The notes beneath the pieces are model-generated. The model did no database searches and was not told the DNA's origin. It saw only the letters and a list, made by a program, of their open reading frames with translations. From Prochlorococcus sp. AG-355-B18 (GTDB taxonomy: Bacteria; Cyanobacteriota; Cyanobacteriia; PCC-6307; Cyanobiaceae), in contig QCDI01000006.1 in the NCBI GenBank assembly GCA_003280965.1, forward strand, positions 59,545 through 123,544: 64,000 nt of DNA, in the 5' to 3' direction. The position numbers and the translations under genes were made by a program. Shown here piece after piece: positions 31,180-42,628 of this stretch (position 1 is the stretch's first letter; each line of letters begins with the position of its first letter).

Positions 31180-34081
31180 TTAAATTCAAGATTAATAATA
31201 TTTGAACATCTTTTGCATAATTTTGTATTTTGGATTCCACTAAAAGTTTCTTTTTGATAATGCCAACATCTATCACATTTTTGACCCTGAGCTTTAAGGA
31301 TTTGAATTTTTCCAAATTCATTTTTTTCAATAGTTATAGAATTCTCAACCAAATCTGATACCACTTGAAAATTTGAGACTATAAGCCAATCCCTAAATAA
31401 ATCAACATCTTCATTACCAAATTTTTTAAGCCAAGTAAGCGAATCTTTTACAACTTTATCTTCAGGTAAATAATTGACTTCTGTTTCTAAAGCTGCTCCA
31501 ATTATTTGTTTATTTCTACATCCTTCTATAGCTTTGTTAATTTCAACTCGCAAATTTCTTAAATTTGCTATGTGCTCATTGAGAATTTCATTTTTCCATG
31601 ACTTAGAAAAGATTGGCCATCCTCTTTGAAATACAGATTTTTCTTTAGTAGGATATGGAATATTTTGCCAAATATCTTCAGCCATATGGCAAAGTACTGG
31701 AGAAATAAGAACAGCTAAATTTTCAACAACTCTAGACATAACATATTGACATGATCTCCTTCTAAATTGTGATTTAGAACTTACATATAACCTATCCTTT
31801 GCAATATCTAAATAAAAATTTGATAGATCTACAACGCAAAAACTTTGTAAGATTTGAAAAAATTTTGAAAATTCATAGTTTTCATAAGCATTTGATATTT
31901 GATCTGTAACCTCAACTAATCTGCCTAACATCCATTGATCCAATAGCGGTAGTTGATCAATTTCAAAACTATCAATGTTAGGGTCATAATCGTGAATATT
32001 ACCTAGTAGATATCTTGCAGTATTGCGAACTTTTCTGTAAACGTCTGATAATTGCTTGAGTATGTTTGAACCAATTGGAACATCTACCGAATAATCTACA
32101 GAGCTTACCCATAGCCTTAGAACATCAGCACCATAAGCAGGTTCAGTTTTTTTATTATTACCTCCATTAATAATTATATTTGGGTCAACAACATTACCTA
32201 AGGATTTACTCATTTTTCTTCCATTTTCATCAAGTGCAAAACCATGAGTTAAAACTTTTTTGTATGGAGGTTTATTATTAACTGCAACAGATGTGAGCAA
32301 AGAAGACTGGAACCAACCTCGATGTTGATCTGAACCTTCTAAATAAAGATCTGCTGGGTACTGTAATTCACTTCTTTGTTCACAAACTGCGGCCCAGCTA
32401 GATCCTGAATCAAACCAAACATCCATTGTATCTGTTCCTTTTATCCACAAATCAGATTCCTTTTCATAATTTTTTGGTAATAGATTCTTAACATCCCAAT
32501 CCCACCAAATATCTGCTCCATGTTCACTAAAAAGTTTTTTAATGTGATTAATAATATCGCTATTTAGGAGAATTTCATTACCATTTTTTTTATAAAAAAC
32601 TGGAATTGGGACCCCCCATGACCTTTGTCTGGAAATACACCAATCTCCTCTACCAACGACCATAGAATAAATTCTTTTCTTTCCTGTTGCTGGCATCCAT
32701 TCAACATCTTCGATTGCCTTTAATGCAGATGATCTAAAGCCATTTACAGATGCAAACCATTGTTCTGTTGCTCTAAAAATAGTTGGTTTTTTGTTCGCCA
32801 ATCATAGGGATATCTATGCTTATATTTTTCTTGTAATAAAAGCAAATTATTTTCTTTTAGATATTCAATAATTAAATCATTTGCATCTTTAAGGACATTT
32901 GATCCTTTGAATTGACCTGAATGTTCATTTAAGTTACCTTTCTCATCAACAACACATGTAGTAGGTAAATCGTATTTTTTCCCCACATTAAAATCATCTA
33001 TTCCATGACCTGGTGCAGTATGAACAATTCCAGTACCTGATTCAGTAGTGATATAGTCTCCCCCAATCACAACTCTACAATTTTTATTTTTAGTAGGATG
33101 TTGATATTCAATATCTTCCAAGGAAGATCCTTTAATATCTAAAAGGGTCATAAAATCTTTATTAAATTTATTACTAATTTCAGAAGATAATTCTTTTGCA
33201 AAAAGGTATATTCGTCTATCTTCATCAATTGCAAAAACGTAATTTATTTTCGGATTTACTGCAACTGCTTCATTTGCAGGTATTGTCCAGGGTGTAGTAG
33301 TCCAAATAGTTATATAAGAATTCATTAGAAAAAAATCCTTTTTAAAATTTGGATTATCTTTACAGAATTTCGAAAAAATTACGTCAGATAGTTTAGTGAT
33401 TTTTAACGAAACATAAATACTTTTTGAATAATGTTCTTCAGGATATTCTAATTCTGCTTCTGCAAGGGCAGTCCTTGAACTTGGGCTCCAGTGTACAGGT
33501 TTAAGTCCTCGATAAATGTATCCATTTAAAAACATTTTCCCAAATACTCCAATCTGAGCAGATTCATAACTTTTTTTGAGGGTTAAGTAAGGGTTATCCC
33601 AATCGCCCCATATACCCCACCTTTTAAAACCCTCCATTTGATTGTTTATTTGTATGTATGCATAGTCTGTTGCTTTTTTTCTTAGACTCAAAGTATCAAG
33701 ATTCTTCCTTTCATCAGATTTTAAATTCTGAAGCACTTTTAATTCAATAGGTAGTCCATGACAATCCCACCCAGGAACGTAGTGTACTCTAAATCCTTTC
33801 AAAGTTTTGTACTTATTTATTATGTCTTTTAAAACTTTATTAAGTGCATGACCCATATGAAGCGCTCCATTTGCATAAGGCGGGCCATCGTGTAGTGTGA
33901 ATATTTTGCCAGAGTTCTTTGAACCTAACTCGAAATCAATGTTATTATGAGCCCAAAAATTCTGAATCTCAGGTTCTCTTACAACAGAGTTAGCTCTCAT
34001 TGAGAATTCAGTTTTAAGCAAATTTAAAGTTTCTTTGTACGAAAATTCTGATTTGCGTTCTTTTTTATTTCGAGATTTCAT
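31176..34081 (-). CDS. ileS: Isoleucine--tRNA ligase (IleRS1), split here into two ORFs by a one-base frameshift at 32787-32792
   Basis: HMGH in 32744-34081; KMSKS and C-terminal CxxC..CxxC in 31176-32801; junction YPYDWRT / [13 protein letters not shown]. Confidence 0.95.
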
Positions 34082-34202
34082 ACGAAGTTAAAGAAATATT
34101 GGTGATCAATAGAGTTGTTTAAATAAATCTTGTTCATTATATTATTTCTTAATTAACCTGTAGTTTTTTTGACATGTTACAAAAAAAATTGATGATTTAG
34201 TA

Positions 34203-34652
34203 TCAATTTTTTATATTATCATTTTTATCATTTCTAACCCACTTTTTAAGCTTTATTTTTTCATTATTGCTATCAAAATTGAAAAAATTTAAAGGTTTTG
34301 TAAAGTTTTTAACTCCAAGATTAATAGCCTCTAATATTTTCGAAAGATTATTTTTAAATTCCAAAAAGGTAGTTATCTTATTCTGTTCTTTATCTGTCAA
34401 TTGATTCCATCTAAATAGAAAAAGCTCTACTAAATACATGAAAACTAATACTGTAATCAAGAGAAAAATTACAAATAATGATTTACTTATAGTTGAATTT
34501 TTAATTATTAATATGAAACCTATTGATAAATTCAAAAAAGCTTTTATTAAGTCTTTTGGTCTGCCGAGCTCAAGATAAATTAACGGTACTAATAAAAATA
34601 CAGTCCCAACTAAAATATAAAAAGACCCCAAATAAAATATCGAGCTATTCAT
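34203..34652 (-). CDS. ycf66: Ycf66 family membrane protein
   Basis: LELGRPKD, RWNQLT..E, C-terminal KKWVR. Confidence 0.65.
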   Translation of the reverse strand: MNSSIFYLGSFYILVGTVFLLVPLIYLELGRPKDLIKAFLNLSIGFILIIKNSTISKSLFVIFLLITVLVFMYLVELFLFRWNQLTDKEQNKITTFLEFKNNLSKILEAINLGVKNFTKPLNFFNFDSNNEKIKLKKWVRNDKNDNIKN

Positions 34653-34722
34653 TATTTGTTTATTTTTTGAATTATAAGAATTTGATATTGATTAATAAAC
34701 TTTGTATCAGAATTTCCTTAAA

Positions 34723-34804
34723 TGCGGTCGGGGAGACTTGAACTCCCACACCCGAAGATACGAGTACCTAAAACTCGCGCGTCTACCAATTCCGCCACGA
34801 CCGC
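34723..34804 (-). tRNA. tRNA-Leu(TAG)
   Basis: Reverse complement GCGGTCGTGGCGGAATTGGTAGACGCG-CGAGT-TTTAGGT-ACTCG...long variable arm...GTTCAAGTC...CGACCGCA. Confidence 0.95.
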
Positions 34805-34881
34805 TCAAATAAAATAATAATTGAAAGAGGTTTATTTTAAAAATATTTTTAACTTATGATGATTAATTTGACACATAAAAA

Positions 34882-35994
34882 TTGAATCGAGTCTCTCTTT
34901 TAAAAATTTTTTTTGATTTAATCATACAATCATCTAAAAATATCAGTTATATTATTCAAAGAATACAGGATACAATTTCTAACTTAACCAAAAAAAATAC
35001 AACAAAAATTACTAATTCTTCAAAAACTTTTAATTGGCAAAAGGAGATCAAAAATTACGTAGATCCTCCAAGTTTTTGGAATCCAACATTAGGGCTTTTT
35101 TTTGGGGGTTATTTTCTAGCTTTTCTTAGCATTTGGCAATGGTATAGAGGTGTTTGGCCTCTTCCTTTACTAGTAGCTACTGCCTTTTTAGCTTTGCATA
35201 TTGAAGGTACCGTTATTCATGATGCATGTCACAAAGCTGCTCACCCTGTTCCTTGGATAAATCAAGCAATGGGACATGGCTCAGCAATTCTTTTAGGTTT
35301 TAGTTTCCCAGTTTTTACAAGAGTACATTTACAACATCATATTCATGTAAATCATCCCAAAAATGATCCTGACCATATTGTCAGTACTTTTGGCCCCATT
35401 TGGCTGATTGCTCCAAGATTTTTTTATCATGAAGTATTTTTCTTTCAAAGAAAGCTTTGGCGAAAATATGAATTACTACAATGGGGAATAGAAAGATCGA
35501 TCTTCATAACGATTATTTTGGCAGGCATAAAATTTGATTTTATGAATCTAATTTATAATCTTTGGTTTGGACCAGCATTAATGGTGGGAGTTACTTTAGG
35601 AATATTTTTTGATTATCTTCCTCATAGACCTTTTCGATCAAGAAATAAATGGATCAATTCTAGAGTTTATCCAAGCAAATTTATGAATATATTAATAATG
35701 GGTCAAAATTACCATCTCATTCATCATCTTTGGCCTTCAATTCCTTGGTTTGAATACAAAGTAGCCTATGAAAAAACTAAGCCATTATTGGATGTGAAAG
35801 GTTCCCCACAAAGAGTTGGAATATTTGAAAGTAAAGATGACATTTTTAACTTTATTTATGATCTATTAATAGGCGTAAGAAGTCATAGCAGAAGAAGAGG
35901 AAAAATTAGAAAAATTATCAATTTATATCCAGGCTATAAAATTAAGAAATTTTTATTAAAAATAGTCAATAAAACATTTATAGGAAGCAACTAA
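34882..35994 (+). CDS. crtR: Beta-carotene hydroxylase (desaturase fold); true start may lie downstream
   Basis: His boxes HDACH, HLQHH, HLIHH; FFDYLPHRPF. Confidence 0.9.
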   Translation: MNRVSLLKIFFDLIIQSSKNISYIIQRIQDTISNLTKKNTTKITNSSKTFNWQKEIKNYVDPPSFWNPTLGLFFGGYFLAFLSIWQWYRGVWPLPLLVATAFLALHIEGTVIHDACHKAAHPVPWINQAMGHGSAILLGFSFPVFTRVHLQHHIHVNHPKNDPDHIVSTFGPIWLIAPRFFYHEVFFFQRKLWRKYELLQWGIERSIFITIILAGIKFDFMNLIYNLWFGPALMVGVTLGIFFDYLPHRPFRSRNKWINSRVYPSKFMNILIMGQNYHLIHHLWPSIPWFEYKVAYEKTKPLLDVKGSPQRVGIFESKDDIFNFIYDLLIGVRSHSRRRGKIRKIINLYPGYKIKKFLLKIVNKTFIGSN

Positions 35995-35995
35995 C

Positions 35996-36289
35996 TTATT
36001 CACTTATAATTTTTGGCACTTTAAAATATTTATCTTCTTTGGATGGGCCCAATTCTAAGAGTTCTTCAGTACAGTCAGAATTTTTCTTTTCGTCTTTTCT
36101 AAATACATTAATCACCTCTATCGCTCTTGTTGTAGAGGGCACATCATCTGTATCAATTTTTTCAAGTTGCTTTATATATTCCAATATTTTTTCTAGTTGT
36201 TCTGCATGATTATTAATTTCATGCTCATTTAGTTCCAATCTCGCTAAATGGGCAACTTTTTTTACTTCTTCTTTATTTATTTTTGTCAT
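35996..36289 (-). CDS. gatC: Asp/Glu-tRNA amidotransferase subunit C
   Basis: EVKKVAHLARL...YFKVPKII. Confidence 0.95.
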   Translation of the reverse strand: MTKINKEEVKKVAHLARLELNEHEINNHAEQLEKILEYIKQLEKIDTDDVPSTTRAIEVINVFRKDEKKNSDCTEELLELGPSKEDKYFKVPKIISE

Positions 36290-36449
36290 AATTTCTATGG
36301 CCTAATATAAATAAATAATAGTTCATTTATAACATTTTTATTCATAAATCAATTGGATTCCTAATAATAAGACTAATAATGAGATCTTTTTAAGAATCAA
36401 ATTTAATTAATAGCCTTAATTATCTTTCTCAGCTAAAAATAATATTAGA

Positions 36450-37049
36450 TTGAGTATTAAAAAAATAGAAGAATATTTATTTCCAAAAAATTTTTTTTAT
36501 AGGCATTCAAAACTCGTTGCCCCGGATTTAATTGGCTGTTACCTTACAAAAAAAAATAATGATAAAGAATTAGTTAAGGGAATTATCGTTGAAACTGAAG
36601 CCTATTCACAGGAAGAGGAGGCCTGTCATGGGTACCGCAAAATAACTAAATCAAATAAATCATTATTTGGCAAACCTGGAACGTATTATATTTATAAAAC
36701 TTATGGCATTCATCATTGTTTAAACGTAGTTACTGATAAAGAAAACTTTGCGAGTGGTGTATTGATCAGGGCAGTATTTATCCCTCAAAAGAATGAAAGA
36801 TTAGCTTCTGGACCTGGTCTGGTTACAAAGACATTCGGTATAGATATTTCATTCAACTCACTTGAAGTTCTTAATAACAATTTATTATGGATTTCTCAAA
36901 GAAATTCAATTCCAGAAGAAAAAGATCTTATTCAAACTACGAGAATTGGCATATCCAAGGCGAAAAATATAAAATGGCGTTGGTATCTCAAAAATAGTAG
37001 GAGTGTAAGTAAAAGAATAAAAGGTGACAGAACGCCTAAATTCAAATAA
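36450..37049 (+). CDS. mpg: 3-methyladenine DNA glycosylase (AAG/MPG type)
   Basis: IVETEAY, YGIHHCLNVVT, VLIRA, GPG, TRIGIS. Confidence 0.92.
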   Translation: MSIKKIEEYLFPKNFFYRHSKLVAPDLIGCYLTKKNNDKELVKGIIVETEAYSQEEEACHGYRKITKSNKSLFGKPGTYYIYKTYGIHHCLNVVTDKENFASGVLIRAVFIPQKNERLASGPGLVTKTFGIDISFNSLEVLNNNLLWISQRNSIPEEKDLIQTTRIGISKAKNIKWRWYLKNSRSVSKRIKGDRTPKFK

Positions 37050-37070
37050 TCATTTATCTTTTTAATCGCA

Positions 37071-38087
37071 ATGCAAATTTGGCCTCATAAACATATCCAC
37101 TCACTCGCTAATTTTTCAATTCAAGATTACAAGTCAGTATTTGAATTGGCTAATAGATTTGACGCACTAAAGAATGCAGGAACGAAAAAAATACCGGCCT
37201 TACAAGGAACTTTAGTAACTTCTTTGTTTTTTGAAGCTAGTACAAGAACGAAAAATAGCTTTGAACTTGCTGCAAAAAGGCTATCTGCGGATGTACAAAC
37301 GTTTGCACCATCATCTAGTTCATTAACGAAAGGCGAAACAATCATTGATACAGCAATCACTTATTCTGCAATGGGTGCAGATACATTAGTTATTAGACAT
37401 TCATCGAGTTATATAACCTTTGAGATAGCAAAAAAACTGGATGCAATAAACTCTAATACTTCGGTTCTTAATGCAGGAGATGGATTACATAGTCACCCTA
37501 GTCAAGGATTGCTTGATATTTATACATTAATTAAATTCTTTTCCAAAAAATCACTGACTCCAGAGATTTTAAATTCCAAAAAAATTTTAATAATTGGAGA
37601 CGTTAACCATTCAAGAGTTGCAAGGTCAAATCTTTGGGCTTTTAGTGCATTTGGCGCAGATATAATCTTATGCGGTCCAAAGACATTAATACCCGATGAA
37701 TTTATAAATTTTTTAAAAACTCCTGCACCAAACCAAGAAAAAGATCCTGTTAAATCAAGAGGCTCCATAACAATTTCTAGATCATTAGAAGAGTCAATAA
37801 AAATTGCAGATGCAATTATTGTTTTAAGACTCCAGAAAGAGAGAATGATGGAGAATTTACTTAGCAGTATTGATTCATATAGTTTGGATTATGGTTTAAC
37901 GCCAGAGAAATTATCTTTGAGAAATGAGGAAATTCCAATTCTTCATCCTGGGCCAATTAATAGAGATATTGAAATCAGTAGTAAAGTAGTAGATGAATAT
38001 CCTAATTGCTTAATCAATAAACAAGTTTCAAACGGTATCCCGATAAGAATGGCTTTACTTTACCTATTACATAAACATAATAAATAA
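37071..38087 (+). CDS. pyrB: Aspartate carbamoyltransferase catalytic subunit
   Basis: [33 protein letters not shown]. Confidence 0.96.
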   Translation: MQIWPHKHIHSLANFSIQDYKSVFELANRFDALKNAGTKKIPALQGTLVTSLFFEASTRTKNSFELAAKRLSADVQTFAPSSSSLTKGETIIDTAITYSAMGADTLVIRHSSSYITFEIAKKLDAINSNTSVLNAGDGLHSHPSQGLLDIYTLIKFFSKKSLTPEILNSKKILIIGDVNHSRVARSNLWAFSAFGADIILCGPKTLIPDEFINFLKTPAPNQEKDPVKSRGSITISRSLEESIKIADAIIVLRLQKERMMENLLSSIDSYSLDYGLTPEKLSLRNEEIPILHPGPINRDIEISSKVVDEYPNCLINKQVSNGIPIRMALLYLLHKHNK

Positions 38088-38089
38088 AT

Positions 38090-38431
38090 CTAGAGTAACT
38101 TAAGACTTTCAGTAAAGAATCCATAAAATAATCCTAATCTTAAAGAATCTAATAAAAGCACTAAAAATTTCTTTTTCTTTTCAAATCTAAAATTTCTTCT
38201 AAGAACTATCAAAATCTCAATAAAAATAACTGATAGAAAGGCGGCTACCGGATCCATAAGTTCCACAACGGCACTTACCATTCCAAGAGAACTGCCTAGA
38301 AAGTAACCAATTAATAGGATAATTAAGGATATTGAATATCTTCGCCATGGATTATTAGCCCAAATACTTAGTGTTTGAATATTTTCTACAATTTTTAGTT
38401 GAAAATTTGTGTTTTGAGGTCTAAAAACCAT
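38090..38431 (-). CDS. DUF565/Ycf20-like membrane protein
   Basis: NPWRR, GLFYGFFTESLKL. Confidence 0.75.
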   Translation of the reverse strand: MVFRPQNTNFQLKIVENIQTLSIWANNPWRRYSISLIILLIGYFLGSSLGMVSAVVELMDPVAAFLSVIFIEILIVLRRNFRFEKKKKFLVLLLDSLRLGLFYGFFTESLKLL

Positions 38432-38442
38432 GTTGAATTCAA

Positions 38443-38643
38443 CTAAGCCGCTTCAGAGTTTGGTTGAATTCTAGTGTTTCCCTCTACTAATTCAAGTAAA
38501 GCCTCCATCTGAGCCATCATTCCTCTTAACTCGCCTGGTTCAGGTAAGAGACCATCTTGATTTACATCTAAATGCATTTCTCTTAGTTCTTGCCTTAAAT
38601 AGCGTAAGTGACTGATGACTTGCTCTCTCTTGGTTTGAGACAT
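38443..38643 (-). CDS. Conserved small hypothetical protein
   Basis: MSQTKREQVISHLRYLRQELREMH; helical, natural codon usage. Confidence 0.7.
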   Translation of the reverse strand: MSQTKREQVISHLRYLRQELREMHLDVNQDGLLPEPGELRGMMAQMEALLELVEGNTRIQPNSEAA

Positions 38644-38856
38644 GATTAAATTGTTGATAGAAATACTTTAAGAAAGAATATTTTTGATAAAGAGAATTTG
38701 CTTATCTATGACTGAAAATGAAGATAATTGCTCAAGAATACTTCAAAAAGATAATGCCTTTAAAAAAATTTTGTATCTTTAGAAATATGAAGTTAATACT
38801 TTAATTTTAAATAATTACTTGAGGCTCTATTATTAGAATATTGGCTTCATTAATTA

Positions 38857-39078
38857 ATGGAATTTATTTCTGAAAGTAAAATAAGTGAGCAACTAATAAA
38901 TTCTTTTGATGAAGAAATGACCCTTCAACTCGCAAAAAGACTAGAAGAAGATGAATATACGACACCATTTGATGGCTTAAAAGACTGGCACTTACTTAGA
39001 GCTCTTGCAATCAACAGACCAGAATTAACAACTGACTATACCCATCTCCTCGATCAGGAACCTTTCGATGAAAACTAA
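38857..39078 (+). CDS. DUF2555-like protein
   Basis: LAKRLEEDEY..PFDGLKDWHLLRALA; overlaps coaBC start. Confidence 0.75.
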   Translation: MEFISESKISEQLINSFDEEMTLQLAKRLEEDEYTTPFDGLKDWHLLRALAINRPELTTDYTHLLDQEPFDEN

Positions 39079-40324
39079 AAGTACTGACTCCAAAATAAAT
39101 GTTCTTTTATTAATAACTGGAAGTATCGCAGCTGTAAGGATTCCTTTATTAGTTAGCCAATTAGCGAAAGAAAATTATGAAATAAGATGCGTTTTATCTA
39201 AAAATGCAGAAAAATTAATAAAGCCGCTTTCTCTCTCTATCTTAAGTAGAAACTCTTGCATTTTAGAAAATGATCAATGGTCAAATAGTCAATCAACACC
39301 TCTTCACATAGAACTAAATAATTGGGCTGATATTTTAATCATTGCGCCTTTAACAGCGACAACATTAGCAAAATGGGTAACTGGAAATGCAGAGGGATTG
39401 ATTCCAAGCATCTTAATAGCAAATATAAAGCCAATTATTGTTGCGCCAGCAATGAATACACAAATGTGGCTAAATAAAGCTGTCCAAAAAAATTATGAGA
39501 ATTTACAGAATTATGAAAATGTTTTGTCTTTGCAGCCAAGTGAAGGCCTCTTAGCGTGTGATGCTATTGGCATCGGTAAGATACCTCCAAATGATCTCAT
39601 TCAATTAGCTCTTGAATTTATAGCTTCACACAAACAAAATGAATATCGCAAAGATTTACTTAATAAAGAGATTTTAATAACTGGAGGGTGCACCTCAGAG
39701 AAAATTGACGCGGCAAGACACATTACTAACAAAAGTTCTGGAGCTATGGGCCTACTTCTTTCTCAAGTAGCGAGGTTCAGAGGAGCACAAGTAAAATATG
39801 TCCATGGACCTCTGAAATTCGACAAGAATCTTACTGATGGAATAAAAAGATATGAAATTGAAACTAGTATTGATTTAATTAGGGCACTTAATAATGAAAT
39901 ATCAAATTGTGATTATTTTTTCATGAATGCAGCAGTATCTGATTTCAAGATAACCTCCGATACTTCAGCTAAAATTCCAAAAAATAAAATTAATGATCAT
40001 TTGAATAAAAACTTTGAGCTAGTCCCAGATATTTTAAAAACAATTAGTAAATCAAAAAAAGATAACCAAGTTTTTGTAGGATTTTGTGCTTTTACAGGAT
40101 CTATAGAAGAAGCACGATTAACAATTAAAGAAAAGATTATCCAAAAGGGTTGTGATTATCTATTCGCAAATCCAATTGATCTTGAAGGCCAAGGATTTGG
40201 CTTTTTGGCACAAAATGAAGGTTGGCTATTCGATACGAACAATATGGAACACTACATTAACAAAACTTCAAAAATTGATTTAGCAAATAAATTAATAACC
40301 AAAATTATTTCATTAAAAAAATAA
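39068..40324 (+). CDS. coaBC: Phosphopantothenoylcysteine decarboxylase/ligase
   Basis: ITGSIAA, PAMN, LAC, ITGG.T.E.ID..RHITNKSSG.MG, AAVSDF. Confidence 0.95.
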   Translation: MKTKSTDSKINVLLLITGSIAAVRIPLLVSQLAKENYEIRCVLSKNAEKLIKPLSLSILSRNSCILENDQWSNSQSTPLHIELNNWADILIIAPLTATTLAKWVTGNAEGLIPSILIANIKPIIVAPAMNTQMWLNKAVQKNYENLQNYENVLSLQPSEGLLACDAIGIGKIPPNDLIQLALEFIASHKQNEYRKDLLNKEILITGGCTSEKIDAARHITNKSSGAMGLLLSQVARFRGAQVKYVHGPLKFDKNLTDGIKRYEIETSIDLIRALNNEISNCDYFFMNAAVSDFKITSDTSAKIPKNKINDHLNKNFELVPDILKTISKSKKDNQVFVGFCAFTGSIEEARLTIKEKIIQKGCDYLFANPIDLEGQGFGFLAQNEGWLFDTNNMEHYINKTSKIDLANKLITKIISLKK

Positions 40325-40540
40325 AAAAAATTTTTTTAATTTGTATTTTTTTGTAATCTTAATCATTAAAAATAATGTGATAGCTTAAAATAATTCCAGT
40401 TTTTTAAAATCTAAAAAGCTACGGGTTGTTTCGAGGATTTAAAAGTCCTATCTTTTATGGTCCTTTCCCTTGTAATATCCGTACTGAACTATTTAGATGA
40501 CCTTTAATCTATCGTCACAGAACTTTACTGCAACTTAATT

Positions 40541-41335
40541 ATGAGAATTCGTTCTTTTTTAGCTTTTGTTATTTCACTTTGTATAACTTTTGCTTTCGTA
40601 CCTGTTAAAACATTTGCTTTTTCTGAAAGAGGAAATGCGCAATTCACAGATGTTGTTAATACAGGAAAAGCTAATGATTGCCCAACATTAGACTCATCTC
40701 TTGTCGGATCAATATCTCTAGGGAATGGAGATAGCCTTAAAGGAATATGCATGCATCCAACAGAAGTTTATGTAAAAGTGCCAGGGACAAAACGAAAAGC
40801 TGCAGAATTTGTTTCTACAAAAATTATTAGTCCTAGAAATAACACCACAGTGACAGAGGTTTATGGAGATATAGATTCAGGAACTTTCACCGAAAAAGGT
40901 GGTATTGATTTTCAACTTATTACTGTATTAACTCCTGGTGGTTTAGAGGTGCCATTTGCATTCTCAGCAAAAGATCTTACAGCTGATTTACCCTCATCTA
41001 TTGAGCCAGGGACTGAGGTTAGTGGTTCAACATTTACCCCTAACTACAGAACTGGTGATTTTCTAGATCCTAAGGCAAGAGCTAAAAATACTGGTGTTGA
41101 ATATGCTCAAGGTTTAGTTGCATTAGGAGGAGATGATGAAGAACTTGCAAAAGAAAATATTAAAGTTGATGTTAACGGTACTGGCGTTATTACACTTTCA
41201 ATCAACAATGTAGATTCTGACACAGACGAATTTGCTGGTACTTTTGAAGCTATCCAACCTTCTGATACTGATATGGGTTCAAAGGATCCACTTGATGTAA
41301 AAATAATCGGGGAGCTTTACGGAAGAAAGGCATAA
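40541..41335 (+). CDS. psbO: Photosystem II manganese-stabilizing protein
   Basis: TGKANDCPTL, GIDFQLITV, FLDPKAR, QPSDTDMGSK. Confidence 0.95.
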   Translation: MRIRSFLAFVISLCITFAFVPVKTFAFSERGNAQFTDVVNTGKANDCPTLDSSLVGSISLGNGDSLKGICMHPTEVYVKVPGTKRKAAEFVSTKIISPRNNTTVTEVYGDIDSGTFTEKGGIDFQLITVLTPGGLEVPFAFSAKDLTADLPSSIEPGTEVSGSTFTPNYRTGDFLDPKARAKNTGVEYAQGLVALGGDDEELAKENIKVDVNGTGVITLSINNVDSDTDEFAGTFEAIQPSDTDMGSKDPLDVKIIGELYGRKA

Positions 41336-41346
41336 ATCCTACCTAA

Positions 41347-41379
41347 GAAAAAAAGGGGGTTAAACCCCTCTTTTTTTTT
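41347..41379 (+). terminator. Intrinsic terminator after psbO
   Basis: A-run, GGGGT-TAA-ACCCC stem, T-run. Confidence 0.8.
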
Positions 41380-41406
41380 CAAAATTTTTCTTTATCAATT
41401 TAAAAA

Positions 41407-42582
41407 ATGGAATTACAACAAAAAACGAAAACAGATACTAATGGACTAATACCGCCTTATGGAGGAGAACTTAAAAATTTAATTATCAAAGATAAAAACC
41501 TTAAAAATGATCTTATCTCTAAAGCAACTTATGAGTTTGAATGCAGCGAGAGAAATGCATGCGATGTAGAACTTTTGATGGTTGGAGCTTTTTCTCCATT
41601 GGAAGGTTTTATGGATGAACATAACTACAATTCGGTAATTAAAAAAAATAGAAATACAAACGGGGTGCTTTTTGGCTTGCCTATTGTATTTGATTCGAAT
41701 AATGAAAAAGTAAAAGCTGGAAATACAATATTGCTTACTTATAAAAAACAAAAAATAGCAGTTTTAGAAGTTAGCTCTAAATGGGAGCCTGATAAATCCT
41801 TAGAAGCTGAACTTTGTTATGGTACAAATTCTTTAGATCATCCTGCTGTTAAGATGATTTTTAATGAGAGAGGGAGATTTTATATTGGAGGAAGAGTTTA
41901 TGGTTTCGAACTGCCAATTAGAGAATTCCCCTGCAAAACCCCAGAAGAAGTTAGATCTACACTGCCATCAAATCATGATGTAGTTGCATTTCAATGCAGA
42001 AATCCAATTCATAGAGCACATTATGAATTATTTACTAATGCCTTACTCTCGGATAATGTGTCTTCTAACTCAGTTGTTTTAGTTCATCCAACTTGTGGGC
42101 CAACTCAACAAGATGATATCCCCGGGAAAGTTAGATATTTAACGTATAAAGAATTAGAAGAGGAAATATCTGATGAAAGAATTAAATGGGCATTTTTACC
42201 TTATTCAATGCATATGGCAGGGCCAAGAGAAGCTCTTCAACATATGATAATCAGGAGAAATTATGGATGCACCCATTTTATTATCGGTAGAGATATGGCT
42301 GGCTGTAAATCATCAGCAACTGGTGAAGATTTTTATGGCCCATATGACGCCCAGAATTTTGCGAATAAATGCGCAGACGAATTAATGATGAAGACTGTTC
42401 CTTCAAAAAATTTAGTTTATACAAAGGAAAAAGGGTATATTACAGCTGAAGAAGCTAAAGAATTTAATTATGAGATTATGAAACTTAGTGGTACTGAATT
42501 TAGAAAGAAATTGAGGAATGGCGAACCAATTCCTGAATGGTTTGCTTTCAAAAGTGTAGTAGATGTTCTAAGACGCTCTTAA
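41407..42582 (+). CDS. sat: Sulfate adenylyltransferase
   Basis: FSPLEGFM, AFQCRNPIHRAH, AGPREA, HFIIGRDMAG. Confidence 0.96.
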   Translation: MELQQKTKTDTNGLIPPYGGELKNLIIKDKNLKNDLISKATYEFECSERNACDVELLMVGAFSPLEGFMDEHNYNSVIKKNRNTNGVLFGLPIVFDSNNEKVKAGNTILLTYKKQKIAVLEVSSKWEPDKSLEAELCYGTNSLDHPAVKMIFNERGRFYIGGRVYGFELPIREFPCKTPEEVRSTLPSNHDVVAFQCRNPIHRAHYELFTNALLSDNVSSNSVVLVHPTCGPTQQDDIPGKVRYLTYKELEEEISDERIKWAFLPYSMHMAGPREALQHMIIRRNYGCTHFIIGRDMAGCKSSATGEDFYGPYDAQNFANKCADELMMKTVPSKNLVYTKEKGYITAEEAKEFNYEIMKLSGTEFRKKLRNGEPIPEWFAFKSVVDVLRRS

Positions 42583-42628
42583 TAATGTTTTATTATTAGT
42601 ATCATACACATATTAAAGATTATTTATC

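Noticed and set aside
34523..34741. 72-aa + strand ORF
   Set aside because: Overlaps ycf66 antisense and runs into tRNA-Leu
1647..34804. tRNAs as possible island integration sites
   Set aside because: No integrase or duplicated tRNA 3' end noticed, and core genes flank all three tRNAs
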